A stretch of 64,000 nucleotides of DNA from Azolla caroliniana. Lineage: Eukaryota > Plantae > Polypodiophyta. Both the position numbers and the translations under genes were made by a program. Shown one piece after another: positions 26,493-41,457 of this stretch (position 1 is the stretch's first letter; each line of letters starts with the position of its first letter). The notes under the pieces are model-generated. The model ran no database searches. It was not told where the DNA came from and saw only the letters and a program-made list of their open reading frames with translations. The stretch spans positions 14,694,001 to 14,758,000 of the forward strand of contig JBHGNT010000018.1 of the NCBI GenBank assembly GCA_043228905.1, written 5' to 3'.

Positions 26493-27872
26493 GGTTAATG
26501 CAACATTCCTAATGCATCAAGATGTAATCTACCTAGAAGTAGGTGACATGCAACGCAACTTAAACAACAACAAGATACTAATATGAGTATTAAGACTCCA
26601 CATGCCTTAGCCATTAACCTCATGTAAAGAATTACCTTGCTTTTACTTTTAGTATTCTCCATTTAAGTTTTATAAATTAACCTTCTTTCCCTTATGTCAT
26701 TTTTTATGTTTCAACGTTATATTGTGCCTAGACTTCATCCATTCATACTTGAACACTCCTTTCACTTCACCTTGTAATCTTGGAAATGAGAAATAATTGG
26801 ATAAGCTTGTGGGCCTTCTTCTCTCTCATTTTTTCTAGAACACGCAAGATCATTCCAACTATTCATTTGGAAGTTAAAGAATCAAATGCATTTGGATAAT
26901 AATATTCAATTCTATGTAGAAATTACAATACCAGATGAAAATTGACTGTAATAAGTTCATTATCCATATGTTGGCACTACTAGCTACAACATGTTTAATT
27001 GAGTGTGACATAGAAATACAGATAGTTCTTACAACAAAACAAATTTAACTGGAAAATGTATGTGAGGTTTGATAAGATTTATTGTAGTGTTGAGAATAGT
27101 CGACATCGAGATTAACTAATCTCTCTATAATGAGAGTTCTCATCTAGTAGTTGAGAATTGTAATTGATGTGTTGTGAGGAAAGCTCTTCTAATCTTATTG
27201 TGGAAGTAGCATGATGGAATGCCCAAAATAGAGAAGAATTGTTACAAATTCCATTCGTATGAATGATTCGAGGTTATCTAGATAACCCTTAAAATTGTGA
27301 TAGATTACATATTTTGTTTATTAGAAGGGGATTAGGTTACCAATACAATGTCAAATGCTTTTGACAATGACTATTAGTGTACAATGAGCCTCTAATCATG
27401 GACTTATTTTGGGGTTCTACCTACATATTATGAAAGTTTGTGCTCATGAGATGATCATTAATATTTTTCCCTTAGATTATTCTACTCATTGAACATTAAA
27501 TTTGTCTGGTATATGGTGTTCTTCACGAACTCTTCTTGAGTTCACTTGTTTAGTGCCATATTTAATATCTAATTATGTCGTAGCAATAGTTCCTTAAGAG
27601 TTGGCTTACATCGAAATTGTTCCTACCACATTCCAACCTTAATGATGCTTCATGCTTCTAGGTCTCAATGAAGTTGTTGTAGATGTTGGTTATCTTATTG
27701 TTGTTAGTCCAAATTAACTCTACAATGAAGTTTTTGTAGGTATTACTTGTGTGGTTGTCAATCCACGAATCACACTTGTTGGAACTACGATAACTTAAAC
27801 AAGATTAACTATACGTATGAGTTATTCATACAATTATCACCAATGTATGACAACTCTAGGATGAACCAATCA

Positions 27873-28050
27873 CCGCTAAAAGGGAGTGGGGGGGAAACAC
27901 CGCCATTAAGCTTGATTCTTCAAGTAAGTCCATCTACTTGCTTGGAGCTTACTGCCATGTGTTATAGCTGAAACCATGACCACTAAAAGGGAGTGAGGCA
28001 AAAACACCACCATTAAGCTTGATCCTTCAAGCAAGTCAATCTACTTGCTT
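27873..28050. repeat. Diverged direct duplication (~70-bp core, ~107-bp period)
   Basis: CTAAAAGGGAGTG...CCATTAAGCTTGAT..TTCAAG.AAGTC.ATCTACTTGCTT occurs twice. Confidence 0.7.
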
Positions 28051-29061
28051 CTGTGTACTATTGTATTGGAATCGTATATCGTCCTTAGATCAATGTATAC
28101 AAGCGAGGGGTAGTATATGCCCCAATCTTTGACATATTGTTAGATAGAGTTGATACACTTGATCTCATTGTCAATCATGTATTGTTGGTGTTGCATTATA
28201 GTGCAATGAAGCAATGAAATGAGGTTTTTTGTTTCAAGTTGGAGTGCGATGTAGTTTTTTGTTCCAAGGTTGAAACCATCAATGATGGTGTTGCTACCTT
28301 TAAAGAAGCTTTCATGAAGAAGAGTGTATAGGAGCCTTATAGTCAACGAATACCAATGTGTCTCGACGTACTTTACATGAATGTTTGTGGTTGTGGAGGT
28401 TGTAACACTATCACCATACAACATCCATTAGCTTTTATTGCTACGGAAGAGAAACTCCTTATATCACCAAGTGTTGTCTACATGTGGGTTTCCATGAGAG
28501 TTTTCATTGGCAATGGCTATATTGTTGTCGTTAGTCGAAGGCATTTGCAAGAGAGAAAAAACTCCACAATGTCCACTTTTAACTTGTGAATCCACTTATT
28601 GGGTGGTGGTATGTGAGCCTCATTAACCTTAACATGATTAACATCACTTATGAATTAACCACAAAATTCACACTTCCATATTAAAATCCCACAAAATTCA
28701 CATTTTCATTGTAAAATCCTATGATGAACACATGGTGGAGGCAAAAACATTGTTACCAATCTGGAGATGGAGGGAAAACACAACCATCAAGTTCAACCCT
28801 TCAAATAAGCATGTGAGCTTGGTCATACAAACTCTACATGGTCTCTTGGGATGTGGAAGTAAAGGCAAGATGAAGAATGAAATAGTATAGCTAGCTCTCT
28901 CTCTCTCTCAAAATTAGCTTATCACTAGGTGCCGTTACACTATTAGCACTAGGTATTAGGTTCGAAACCCGATTCCTCACCTTTCTATTACTCCATATAT
29001 ACATACATGTATATATATATATATATGTATGTATGTATGTATATCTTAATTTACTAGATGC

Positions 29062-29140
29062 CATTGTGGAATGTAAGGGTTGAACCCATGACCTCCTTAT
29101 CTCCAAGAGTATCTTACCCGTACCAACTAAGCTACATCCA
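29062..29140 (-). mobile_element. Degenerate tRNA-derived (SINE-like) head
   Basis: Minus strand TAGCTTAGTTGG (box A) and GGTTCAACCC (box B) at tRNA-like spacing; no canonical anticodon arm. Confidence 0.5.
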
Positions 29141-31652
29141 TCTCTCTTCTCTCTCTTTTGCTTTCCCTCATATTTTTTTATTATAATTAGTTTACCCTAG
29201 TGGTACGTTGTTTACACTACTAGCACTACATCTTCGGTTTGAAACCCAAATTTTCTCACCTATGTTACTAGACAACCAACAACATATAACCTCGGTAATC
29301 CCCTGGGTAGTCATAAACTTATTGGTCCTACAACTTCCATGTTCAAATTGTCCATTCTTGTTGGGCCCTAGATAAGTAACAATAGGTTTCATCATCATGT
29401 GTCTCCAATAATGCCATTTAGTAACTTATCCCCTTGTTGGAGGCGGAAAGCGAGAACCTTGATACTCTTGAACTCTTATAGATTCCCTTGACATGCTTTT
29501 GTTTTCTAATATAGCTTCGGGATGCCTACAGTCAATCAAATTTTGGTGACACTAAGATCCATGTCACAGTTACATTCATTTGTGGAACTTTGTCGTATAT
29601 TAATCACTTCTCCTTTTTAAACATAGGTGGCTATTATACCTACAAAATTCACATTGTAGTCAACCAAGAGGACCATTCCTTGTCTTGTGTCCCTATGAGT
29701 TATGCATTATGCATTAACGTACTCCAATTGACAACCAAGGTATCAACGTACTCTACTTGTCAATCAGGTATGGATCTTCATAGGCAATAGTGAAAACATT
29801 ATAAGAATCACATTTACTTATGTCGTACTCCATGATTTTGAAGTGGCCTTTTCAAAATATAAAACCATTCAATTTGATCTTCTCAATCTTATCAACATTA
29901 TCCTAAATAATCAGCTCTCATTAGAAATCATATATTAATAGATATCTATGACATGAAGCTTTTGAAAACAAAATTATTTGTACATATGGATCGACTATAT
30001 GAATGATACTTTAGTGTAGCAATATCACATAAACATAAAAGCGATCGTAATAAAACTTCTAGACACTTTCAAATTACAACAAATTTATAATTTTTTAACT
30101 TGTGTATGCATAATCATAAAAGGGTCAACAACATTTTATTTTGAGTGAGTATTTGTGGGAGAATGCACTACATTGTTTACGTGCAAGTGTAGGTGTATAA
30201 GTGAACATATTTGTAAGTGTATGTATAGGGGTATGTGTGTGAATGGGTGCCTTATAGAAGAGAAAAGCATGGTATACAGATACATAAGATGATTTGATAT
30301 TGTGCAGTATTTTGATACAATAAATGATGTGTCCGATTTGTCTTTGTTGTGAATGGTAAAGAGATACAATAATTGTAATGATAAACTAAAACATCAAGAT
30401 GATGTCCTTATAAGATGATGCACTACAATGCAAATTGTTTGGATTAAAATATCTAACCAATTTCTAAAGTCTAATGATTACCAATATATCTATTGAAGTT
30501 AGAACAAGATGCACTAAATAATTATGCTCCATATTAATCCAAGGAATGTTTTGGTCTAATGTCGAAATAATTAAGACACCTCATTATACGAGTCTATAGT
30601 ACCATTTAGGATAATTTGTTTTTACACATAAATTTGACAATATAGGTTCCCTCTTCAAGATAGTCAAGGTGACCTATTGGTTAGGTAGTATCTTTTTTTC
30701 CCATAAAAATATCCTCCATTGGTATTAAAATTAAAGTGGTCAGAGGCAATATACAAGATCGTCCAAATATTACAATAATTACTCTATAACAATGTTAAAC
30801 GACCATAGCCAATCTTTCTAGGTAAAGATAAGTAATCTTTCTAGCCAATCTTGTTCATGTTCGGCATATCCAAGGATAATCTTTTCATCCAATAGCCCCT
30901 TTGTTTCAATGTCAACATGCATCTCACGTCCCCTCATTATCTTTCAAACTAGTTTGAGTAGTGAGATTTGAGACTTCATCTATACACGATCCCCCTTTCA
31001 TATGTGTGTGAAGAAGGATTGGGATCATATTTGGAATGAGCCTTATGAGATCATGGGAATTGGTCTCAAAGGGCTATAAATGAGCTCCCATTGTACTATG
31101 AAGCGAGGAGTCAATATTTAGTAATCACAAAGTTACATTTAGTTCCCTCTTTTATCAACTTCTCCTTCTTCCGAATTTGTTGGGGGATTTGGAAACGTCT
31201 TCTTGTTATCCCACTAATCAGAGTCTGGAAACCCTTATAAACTAACAATAAGATTGGTGTATGTGGTAATTTTTGGTAGGAAGCATTAATGTATGACTAT
31301 GAATTATTCATATCATAGTGTTAGATGCCCATCATCCCCTATCTCATGATTACAATTGCATACGAAGAGAGAGTTGTGGCCCAATTGATAGTAGTTTTCA
31401 ATGGAGACTAAGGTTATGTGTTCAACACCTACATTTCCTAGCGCCATATAGTAAAGTAGTTCAAATAGAGCGATTGGAACCCAAATGCACAAGTCAGTGA
31501 AAAAATGCACAGATTGTAAATTTACCACTATGATAGGATCCAAAACTAAAGAGAGAGAAAGGGAGGTTGAGGTCAATTAGTGATAAAAAAGATGATGTCT
31601 TATAGTAAATTCCCTTGGTACATTATCAGAGGGGTTGTATTCTAGCATCTCC

Positions 31653-31694
<42 letters not shown>

Positions 31695-34600
31695 ATTATC
31701 GTCTTCGGAGGTCAAATATGACCTATGAGACAAGTGTGTGATACTAATAGTAGTAATGCTATCATATTGTTACTAAGTTTTTGAGGAAGCCTTCGAAGTG
31801 TGTGGTATAAATATACAAAGATAGATTTTACTATTGTCCCTGATGAAAACGAAGTATTTCACGTTGTGTGTGTGGAGTTGGTAAGAGACACTTGATGCTC
31901 AAGGAATTTACTAACGATTGTTGTAATTTAGAGTATACATTGTGGATGAGGATGAAATACAAAAGGGAAAGGTTGGGGTGAAGATGTGAGGAAAGCAAAC
32001 TCGGATATTGTGATTGAAGATGGAGCAAATTATAGTAGATTTAGAAACTTGATTAAAGCAAAACATGCATGGCCAATGAGTCGTCTCATGGTTTCCTAAT
32101 GCCCTATTTCACATCAAAGAAAATGTGACGGAGGCGATGGTGATTGGTGTGAACAAGGTTAGGTATGGGCTCCACCATGTACGGATGAGTGTGCTTTATC
32201 ATTCAGAGGAGGAGTAGGGAAAGGTGTATGCTCATTGCTAACATATTTCATCGAAAAGTTTTTGAGGGAACCTTCAAAGTATGAAGGTGTATTCATTACA
32301 AATAATGTTTCTAGAATACACTACTAAAATTGTAAAAGACTTAGTAAAGAATGTTATTTTATAAACACAGTAATTAGCAGATCCATCCAGTGTTGAAATT
32401 CATAAAAGATAAAAAAGTATTTGCATTTTGTAATTAGCTCATTAGAAATCTTGTATATTATTGTAAAAATTTAAATTGTGTTTGCCTACATAGTTTTAAC
32501 TTTTAAGTCTCCTAAAAAATATTTATCATAAGAAGGAAAGTATTGACCAAATGAACCCAAAAGACCGTCCAACAAATGAAATTTTTTTAGTCTTGGTATA
32601 ACATTGTTCTGGTGAATATTCATTGCTAGCACTTCCCGTTGATAGCATCACACTAGAGACAATAGATAGTCGTGTTAGGCAATGGTTCATTCTTAACTTC
32701 TTTGAAAAATTTCTTTGTATTCAAAGCAAAATTACAAGGAATAACACATAGGTTCTTCTTGCAAGAAGATTGATCCCCTCACAAATAAGAGGCGAAACAA
32801 CAACATAAATGTTATGACTTATATAATTACATCCTAGTGCACTAGGATGTCATACTCATATGGAGACATGTCACATAACACTTTTATGGATATATGTTAG
32901 TGAAAAACATTAGTACAATAATAAATACCTTAACAAAAAACATAATTTATGTAACTAACATCACTACCATTTAGTCTAGATAGAGATGTCATCCAATATC
33001 CTCACTTTTGCTCTAGTGAAACAAAGAAGTTATGAATCATTCTGTCCTCATTTGATGCAAGTTGTCACACACATTTTGTGTCTCCATCTTCTCTTAAATC
33101 ATTAGTATCCTGATCTTCTCTCCGTCGACAAGAGTTTTCAAATTTCATTACTTTCTTCTTGTGATATCCATGTAATGATTTCAATCATTTATTGTTCTTG
33201 TTCTTTCTCCTACATTTGAGGGGTTTTCTTTCATTAGGTATATAAGTACAAGGTTCCTTTGATGTAAAATTTTTTGGGGGTGTCAATTAATGATTGAAAA
33301 CATCTACCAAGAAGAAATATGTGTATATAGTAACTTGATTGAAATTGAAGGAGCAATGAACCTACATGTACCATCGTATTATAGTTTGTTTCTCAAACCT
33401 TCGTGTATAACTTTATAAGATGAATTTGGATTTAAAGTAGGAATTTGCATCACATATCTATATTGTATTTTTGTCTCCATAAATCCATCCAGTTGGTGTC
33501 AACAAGCACCAGTTTGATGACTCAAGCATGTTCAAGAATCAATGGCATGGCAGTTTGAATGAACTAGGTTTTGCATTTCAAACCATTGTTGTAGGCAAGT
33601 ACATGTCCGTTGTATTATCTTTCTATTGTAATTGTGCTATGGTGTTATGCAATATAAAATTTTTAGTTTCTTCGATTTGTCTATGTGTTTATCAATTTAT
33701 GTCAAGGTTTTGTCCGTGCATAGGTTACCTTATCCCAACATAATTATAGAAATCCTAAGATTACATATGAAATTGTTTGAACTCACCAATATATATGATA
33801 TTTTTACGTGATAAAATATATATTTCGTAATGTTCTCTAATGATATATATCTTATGATTTGTTTTTTTTTATTTTATTTTACAAAAAGGGAATATACCTT
33901 ATGATATTGTTTGAACTCACCAATATACATATGTAATCTTTATACGTGATAAAATATATATTTCCTATTGTTCTCTAATTATTCACATCACATTTTCAAA
34001 GCCTCTAACAAGTATTGCTTTTAAAATTAGAATAGCATATCAAAATTTTCTGATCATCAAGGCCATGTTCTCTAACAAAATGCTCAACTCTAAAGTATTT
34101 TTCAACTTTATGTTTAATACCTCAACAATTGGCAAAAACTAAAGACTTGATTGATCATTTAATAAAATTTAACATTGTTTTAAATTGTGTAAGAGGACTA
34201 AGTGTGAACCAAATAATCACGATGAAAATGGAGACACGAAATCAAGACTTCAAGATAATGATTATCATTTTAAAGAATCAATTTATCTCTTTGGATGATG
34301 TCCAAACCATGATATTAAAGAAGAATTGATAGCTAAAAAAGGACACTCTCTTTGGGGGCTTTGAAGACGTATTAAAGACTACTCTCATTGCGGAGTTTGA
34401 GATGCAAATCCTTTTGTACAGAGCTGAGAGAACTATCATATCCGTTGTTTTTCTTTGTTCTTTTTTGTCTTTGTAGTGTCTAACATTAAAAGTGAGAAAT
34501 TTCACATGTATGATTGTAGTGTTTCATATTATACGAAATGTATATCACATGTTAATGCATTTTGATTAATAATATCCACTAAACCTTAAGCGAAATAAAC

Positions 34601-37600
34601 AACAAATATCTCTAACCATTCTTCAAATTCTATTAGAATGATTTAATGAAATTGGTAGACCATTAAACCTAAGTGCCACTTGGCTCTGAAAGCTATGGGC
34701 ATACTTGCAATAATGAAATGTATTCACCTTCTTATTTCCAATAAATGACAATCCATATGCTCACACCATTCATGTGGTTTACCACATGGGTAGATCAAAT
34801 CTCGAGGGTTTTGCAGACATATTGACCCTTTAAGCTCGTCGTACAAGAATTACTCCATATACATTGTGTGTCATGGTTGTACACTTAGCTACATCGTAAA
34901 AACGAGAACAATATTTCAATTTTCACCCATGTAATGATTTCAATAATTTATTCATGGTTTGGTTTTTAATGGTTTCTTTTGTTTATTACTTTCTTCTTTT
35001 CTCTTAGGAGCCTCTCCCTTGTAGTGATCTCTATTCTCTTATTGATTTGTTCATCTTTCTCCTTCTCTTCCATCATCCATGTCCATGAGTCAAATATTAA
35101 TTTCTCTCTCTTTATCTTGTCTCTCTTACTAATCCACCATCACAAGTCTATGGTAATAACAATCCGCCATTACCAATGGATGCAAAGAACATGCATTTCC
35201 TTGAAACCTCTAACATATCATAGTGTTAGTTTATTATTATTATTATGCCTCCGACTTTACTAGATGACAATAACCTTAATCAATTTGCAACATGAATAAT
35301 ATAACCATGATAGTTGACATTATGGTCATACATTTTCCAAGTTCCAATATAATTTAGTTGAAAAGAGTTGTTGGTTCATTGTAGATCCCTCGCAAAGTGT
35401 ACACACATCTACACAATTTGATAACATGTATAGAATTGTCATAGGGGCTATGTAGAAGCTAAGGAACACGCTCTTCATGTTAGTTAAGGGTTAATCATTA
35501 ACAAAATTAATTATGCTACCACCAATAACATTATATCTCTTCATTATTTCATGGAACATGTAGGGGTGAAGCAAAGGAGAGGTGCATGATTAACATTATA
35601 CGAGGGGCAAGGTTGATCTTTTCTATAGAAACTACATGCTTTGGTTATTCAAAGAGTTATTACTAAGCTTATTTGGGGAAAAAATTACAACATGAAATAT
35701 TCTCAATGTTATGACATTTTTGTTTCTATTGAGTTATTGGTTCAAAGCAAGGGTTGACCAATTACCTAAATTCCGACAAACATCATGACTTGACTTGATG
35801 GGTATAATCCTTCCACACTTATGAAGTGGTCAGTTATCAAAACCCTAATGGTTTACGTGGAGGGATAACATCCATAAAACATTACAACTAAGACTTACCG
35901 TGCATCATCCATAGGGACAAGACACACGTAATATACAAATGGCATGTTTGAAAAGTCTTATCCCACAAAATGCGATGCATGATTTGACTTTTGCTGGGTA
36001 ATGTTGTTACTGGCATCTTAGTAAATATGGTGAACCACAATCAACAATAGCTATTAGCGATATACCAAAACAAATACATTGGGACACATAGCAAAAGTAA
36101 TATTTTTTTGTTGTTTTTTAACTATGTTTGATCTCTAGAATTTATATTGATTTTTTCCTATCTATGAATCTATTGTTTTATGAAAACAAAACACAATCAT
36201 TACTTTACCACAAAAAGAAAGTGCAAATAAAGCAAACAAAGGAAGAATACAGAGATACAAATGATGAATGTCTTCAACTCTTCCCTCTATTCATGCATAT
36301 CAACAAATTTAATCTCAAGTAATAAGTATCATTTTATCATATCTTGTTTGTACACATATAGTTACAATTCCACATGCCCATATGGAACACACTTGCACAT
36401 GTACATATTTACACATACACATATCACATACAAAGTGATTTCTAGGTTTTCGATACAAATACATAGCATTTAGAATGCATAAAAAGATGCTAGTATTTGT
36501 AAAAAATGTCTAGTTATTTCCAATAGTACATCAAATGTTCATATGAACTACGTAGGAATATAGGAGTGAGCCATTTGATTACAATCTAATGGAATGTTAT
36601 GCACAAATTTCACCATATATTTATGTAAAGAAATTGAATGTGATCTATATTTTTTCATTTCCAACGGATCAATGTTATCTTTTGATTTATAAGGAATGAC
36701 TAGTAATGACATTGTGAATAGGCTATTATTCTTGTAAAATCGTCTTCTATAGACCAAGCAAACAAAAGTATAACCAAAAGACATATTTGTAGATATGCAA
36801 CTCATCATCAATTTATGCATAAGTTTACAAGTGAGTTAAGCTCAACAAAATGCCTTCAAAACTCTCTATTATATAATGGTTCCTCTTGATCCAATGAATT
36901 AACCTACCATATTTTTTGGCTTACAAATTTAAAAAATGGGGGGTTGAAAAATGTTAATTTGATGCTGGTATGAGAAAACTTTGTTTTGATCGAGAGAAGT
37001 TACATTGATATCTTGTTAATGATAGTTGATCTTGCTGATTGACAATTGATATATTGTCAATCAATTTGTGGTCTTATCATTTCCCTACTTATATTGTTGT
37101 CAACATCTTTTGATCATCATTTCTAGAACCTGTTTTTGTTGGTTTGATGACTATATTAGACTTGTGTTCATTGGACTTCAAGTTTATCTTAAATAGGAAT
37201 AATGTCTAGTTGTTTGAGAGATACTTTTACGACGTGTCCACAATAAACATGTTTTGGTTTATGTGCATTATATAAACAAATATATCATTTCTAGAAATAA
37301 TCTTCAAAATACATCTATGAATACATGCATCACAATATGGAACTCATCCCTTCTTTTACTATTACTATTTTTTTCTCATGGTAGGTTCCCTAGTTCACAT
37401 TGCAATTTGCAAACACTAGCTTTAATGCGACAATTTGTATATGGTGAGATCATGAATTGGTAAACGAAGCATTGTTATGTCGAGTTAGTGTGAATGTGTA
37501 ATTTCTCTTATATGATGCATATAAACAATATGTCCACATTGTGCTTTAGAATACAATGTTTTGTTTAATCACCTTACATGTCTCTTGATTTTACATTTAC

Positions 37601-38603
37601 TCATTCTATCAAGGAATGTTTATGAATCCCAAGTAGTCACAATATATCTTTCAATTTCCAATTATCATAATAGATTGGGTACCCATAACATTTACATAAT
37701 ATACTTTCGAAGATTTTAAAGTACTTATGACCACATGCAATAAACAAGCTATCCGCCCTTTCAATGATACTAATCATAAATGTCCTTAGAGGCTCTATAT
37801 TCGCTTCTTAGGTTTGAGTTTAAATTACTCGTTGTCTATACTTTTAGTAATGAATGAATGCATTATGTCAACTCATTGCTTCATGATGTCCACTAGACAC
37901 CCATCAAGTGCATTTGAAATAGTGTTGTATTCACTACATTTGGTGGTTGTAGATGCATGAAATTTAACAAGCATGCCAATTTATTCACATCATCAACTTG
38001 TTCGATCCACAACCCTCATGGTTACATATTTTGAAGGTTGCAATATTGCTTTTTTGTAATGTTCATGATATCTCTCGAAGTGATGCACACTTAGCGTTTA
38101 TTCATGTCTTAGCAATTTTGCATGAGGTTGTAAGGTTAATGTACATATTTTATAAACCTATCACTTGATTTCATATTACATTAAAGTAACATGGCCATCC
38201 ATGATAATGTTTTGGAGCTAAAAGTTTCTCTAGAACATGGCCTCATCAAAGTTCTCATAATCATGGAACATATAAGGTTGTAAACAAACCAAACTTGATA
38301 ATGTGTAGTGTTGAAAACTTCACAAAATCATTCAACAATAAAGTTGGAATAAAAACTTATTGGTGTGGTTGTATAATGATGTCCTTGGGCAGCCTTCATA
38401 CTCCACAATTGTCGAGTTAATATAAAGTGGTGGCGAGGTAGCCAAGCAACTATGAAAAGCTGACTAGGTGGTCTAAAGCACATGGAATGGTGGTGCATCT
38501 AGGAGAATTGGTTTCCAAAAACTTCTTGTTGTGGTCACTAGAGGTTGATAATGGTCCCAATATGGTAAGGGCATACCCAAAACAAACTTGATGATGCCAA
38601 TAT

Positions 38604-40254
38604 TCCATACTCTCTGTGGGGTGTGTCTCCTTCCAAGGGTATCGAGGCTAACTTGTTAATCACGTAGGTTGCCGTCGTCACCACCTCAGCCCGAAACGTC
38701 TTGGGTAACTTTGCATGTGCTAGCATGCTTCAGACTCTCCATTATGGTCCGGTTCATCCGTTCGGCCAACCCGTTAAATTCCGGCGTCTTCGGCACGGTG
38801 AATTCGAGCCGGATTCCCTTCGACCGGTAGTACTCCTCGAACTGCCCCAAGTATTCTCCTCTGTTATCTGCTCGAACCGCCTTTAGTTTTCGACCAGTTT
38901 CTCTTTCCACTCTCGCGTGGAGTTCCTTGAAGACGGATAGCACTTGATCCTTTGTCTTCAACGGTGAGACCCACAACTTCCGACTGTGGTCAACTATGAA
39001 CGTCACGAAGTACTGCAATCCGGCATGTGACTTTGTGTCCACTTGAAACACATCGGTATGCACCAGCTCCAGTGGTGCATTCCATCTCATCGGTGGTCTT
39101 GACCGGAAGGAGGTTCGGTTTTGCTTGCCAACCAAGCAATCGGTGCACTTCTCAAGTTGCACGTCCTTCACTGGAATGAGATTGTCTTCGGCAAGTCTCT
39201 TCATCCCTTTTTGACTCATGTGTGACACAATCTTTTGTGCCACAGCTCACCGGCAGTGTCAGATGCTACCTTCACTTCTTCCCGGCATATCCGGGCATGC
39301 ATTAGATACATCGTGTTGATCTTCCAGCCTCGAGCCACGACCAGGCTTCCTTTGTTGAATTTCATGACTCCGTTCCGGATGCTACCCGTGTATAGCCTTC
39401 ATCATCTAGCTGACCGGTTGATATCAGGTTCAACCGAACCTCCGGAATGTGTCAAACTTTCTTTCAACAACAATTTGCATCCAGTTGATGTCGTCAACAA
39501 CACATCTCCTATGCCAACAATTCGGCATGTACCTTCATTCCCCACTCAGACACAATCGTGATCTACAACTATGTAGGATGAGAAGCATTTTTGATTCGGT
39601 GTCAGACAACCCATGTTGTCTTGTCGCCGACAAGGTTTAACTCATTCTCCTCGATAATGAGCATTAGTTCTTCTTCACTTGTCGTGATCGCTGACGTTCC
39701 CCTTCTCTCCGAAATCTTCTTCGGTTCCGGTTTGTCGGCTCCCCCTTTGGATTTCCGGAAGTGTCGGCAATTCTTCTGGAAGTGCCCCGGCTTTCCGCAA
39801 TAAAAGCAAGTGGGCCTTCCCCTTGACTTTGACCTCGTCCCCGATTTGTCCCGGTTTTGGGGACTCCGATACCGACCTCTTCCCTGATAATGGTCATCTT
39901 CCGTGACCAAGGCCTTTGGATCGGTTCTGGATTCTCGGTCCTTCCGGCGAGCTTCTTCATCTAGCAAGCTTAATTTTACCCTTGCTAGGGACAACTGCTT
40001 CCCTTCCTGCCCGGCATTGCCCAAAGTGACAATTAACGTCTCCCAACTATCTGGGAGGCAGTCGAGTAGGAGCAATGTATGTTCCTCTTCGGCTAGAGGT
40101 ACTTCCAGCGAAGTTGTTTGGTTTATGAGCCCCTGAAATGCGTTCATGTGCTCCGCCATGCTGGATCCGTCCTGGTACCAGAGTCTCACTAACTTTCGGA
40201 ATACCGAAACTCGATTTACGACGTTTTTACTCTCTAGCATAGTGCCGATTTTCT
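38604..40254 (-). mobile_element. Copia A1, distal part (rest of gag, PR, IN; 3'-truncated); continues 52193-53021
   Basis: KIGTMLESKNVVNRVSVFRK..., CFYCGKPGHFQKNC, LELVHTDV; begins with TSD AGAAA on the minus strand. Confidence 0.9.
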
Positions 40255-41264
40255 TGTTAGGAATCGTGACCGGCCACAACCGGCTGCTCGTTCGGATGTT
40301 CAGGGGAAGGGAACGTAAAATAGAATGCGCTCAGACAGAGTACGAAAACAGAAATAGCACAAGAGACAGAAACCCACAATTTTAACGTGGAAACCTGAAA
40401 TGGGAAAAACCATGGGGGTCCACAAACCCCGAGAAACAAAATCACTATGCAAAAGAGGAGTACAAGTAGAAGCTCCAAGGCAATGGCCTCAAGATTCTAA
40501 TTCGTCAACAGACAGCTATAGAGTTACACACGCCCTCACTCTCACTCACTTACTGTTACACAGTTAGTAAGGCAACGACCTTCTAAGTAACCTTTTTACA
40601 ACAACTCATCATCATCATAATATTATGATTTCCCTAAGTACTTATACTAGTACACCTTTTGGGTTATTTACAAGTGTAGCCCATAAGGGCATATTTAGAC
40701 TACTTACAAGTGTAGTCTTCTGAGTTGGCTGTCTACACGATTTCGGTTTCGGCCTCGATCGAGTTTCTCATCAACTCGGCTCTTCTCTTCCCATCCGGAG
40801 GGACTCGTTTCCTAACAAACTCCCCCTTCACTCCGGCATGGGGTACTGCACCAATCCGATCTTCCGTCGGCACGCGCTCAACTTTTCGGTTGGTAACACT
40901 TTAGTCAACATATCTGATCCATTTTTGGCCGTGTGGACCTTCACTAGAGCAAACTCCCTTTCTACTACCCTCTCTTGGAACCAATGATACCTCCGTTGGA
41001 TGTGCTTTGTCCTCGAGTGGTAGGCAGCATTTTTCGCAAGGTGGATGGCACTCTGATTATCGCAATAGAGTTGGAATTCTTCCTGCCGAATTCCCAGTTC
41101 ACTGATAAGCTCCTTCATCCATACGATTTCCTTGCCTGCTTCCGTTGCGGCCATGTACTTGGCTTCCGTGGTCGACAACGCCACAACCGTATACAACCTC
41201 GATTGCCACGAGACAGCTCCCCCTGCATACGTCATTACGTATCTGGACGTGGATTGGTTGGTAT
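40255..41264 (-). mobile_element. Copia A2, 3' end (RNase H, PPT 40819-40828, 3' LTR 40255-40818)
   Basis: STSRYVMTYAGGAVSWQS...CDNQSAIHLAKN...; the LTR is homologous to the reverse complement of 53022-53419. Confidence 0.92.
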
Positions 41265-41457
41265 CGCTCCGGAGTCAACAAACCATACGTCTTCCGGATT
41301 GAGGGCACTAGTTGAGGTAGAGGCTGACATAGAGTTTGCTCTATGTTTCATCATGAACATTCCGCTACGATCGGAGTTGTGTGCATACATTCCGCCACGA
41401 TCTTCGTAGTTGGAGTTGTGCCCGTACATTCCGCTATACTCTTCGTAGTCGGAATCG
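41265..41457 (-). mobile_element. Copia B4 fragment 1 (gag end and start of protease)
   Basis: ...GMYGHNSNYEDRGGMYAHNSDRSGMFMMKHRANSM...PEDVWFVDSGA; includes three short tandem repeats. Confidence 0.85.

Noticed and set aside
25000-38300. Short ORFs in the AT-rich block
   Set aside because: No motifs, splice-consistent frames or coding-like composition; probably decayed TE relics. Small duplications (e.g. ~33775-33980) are uninformative.
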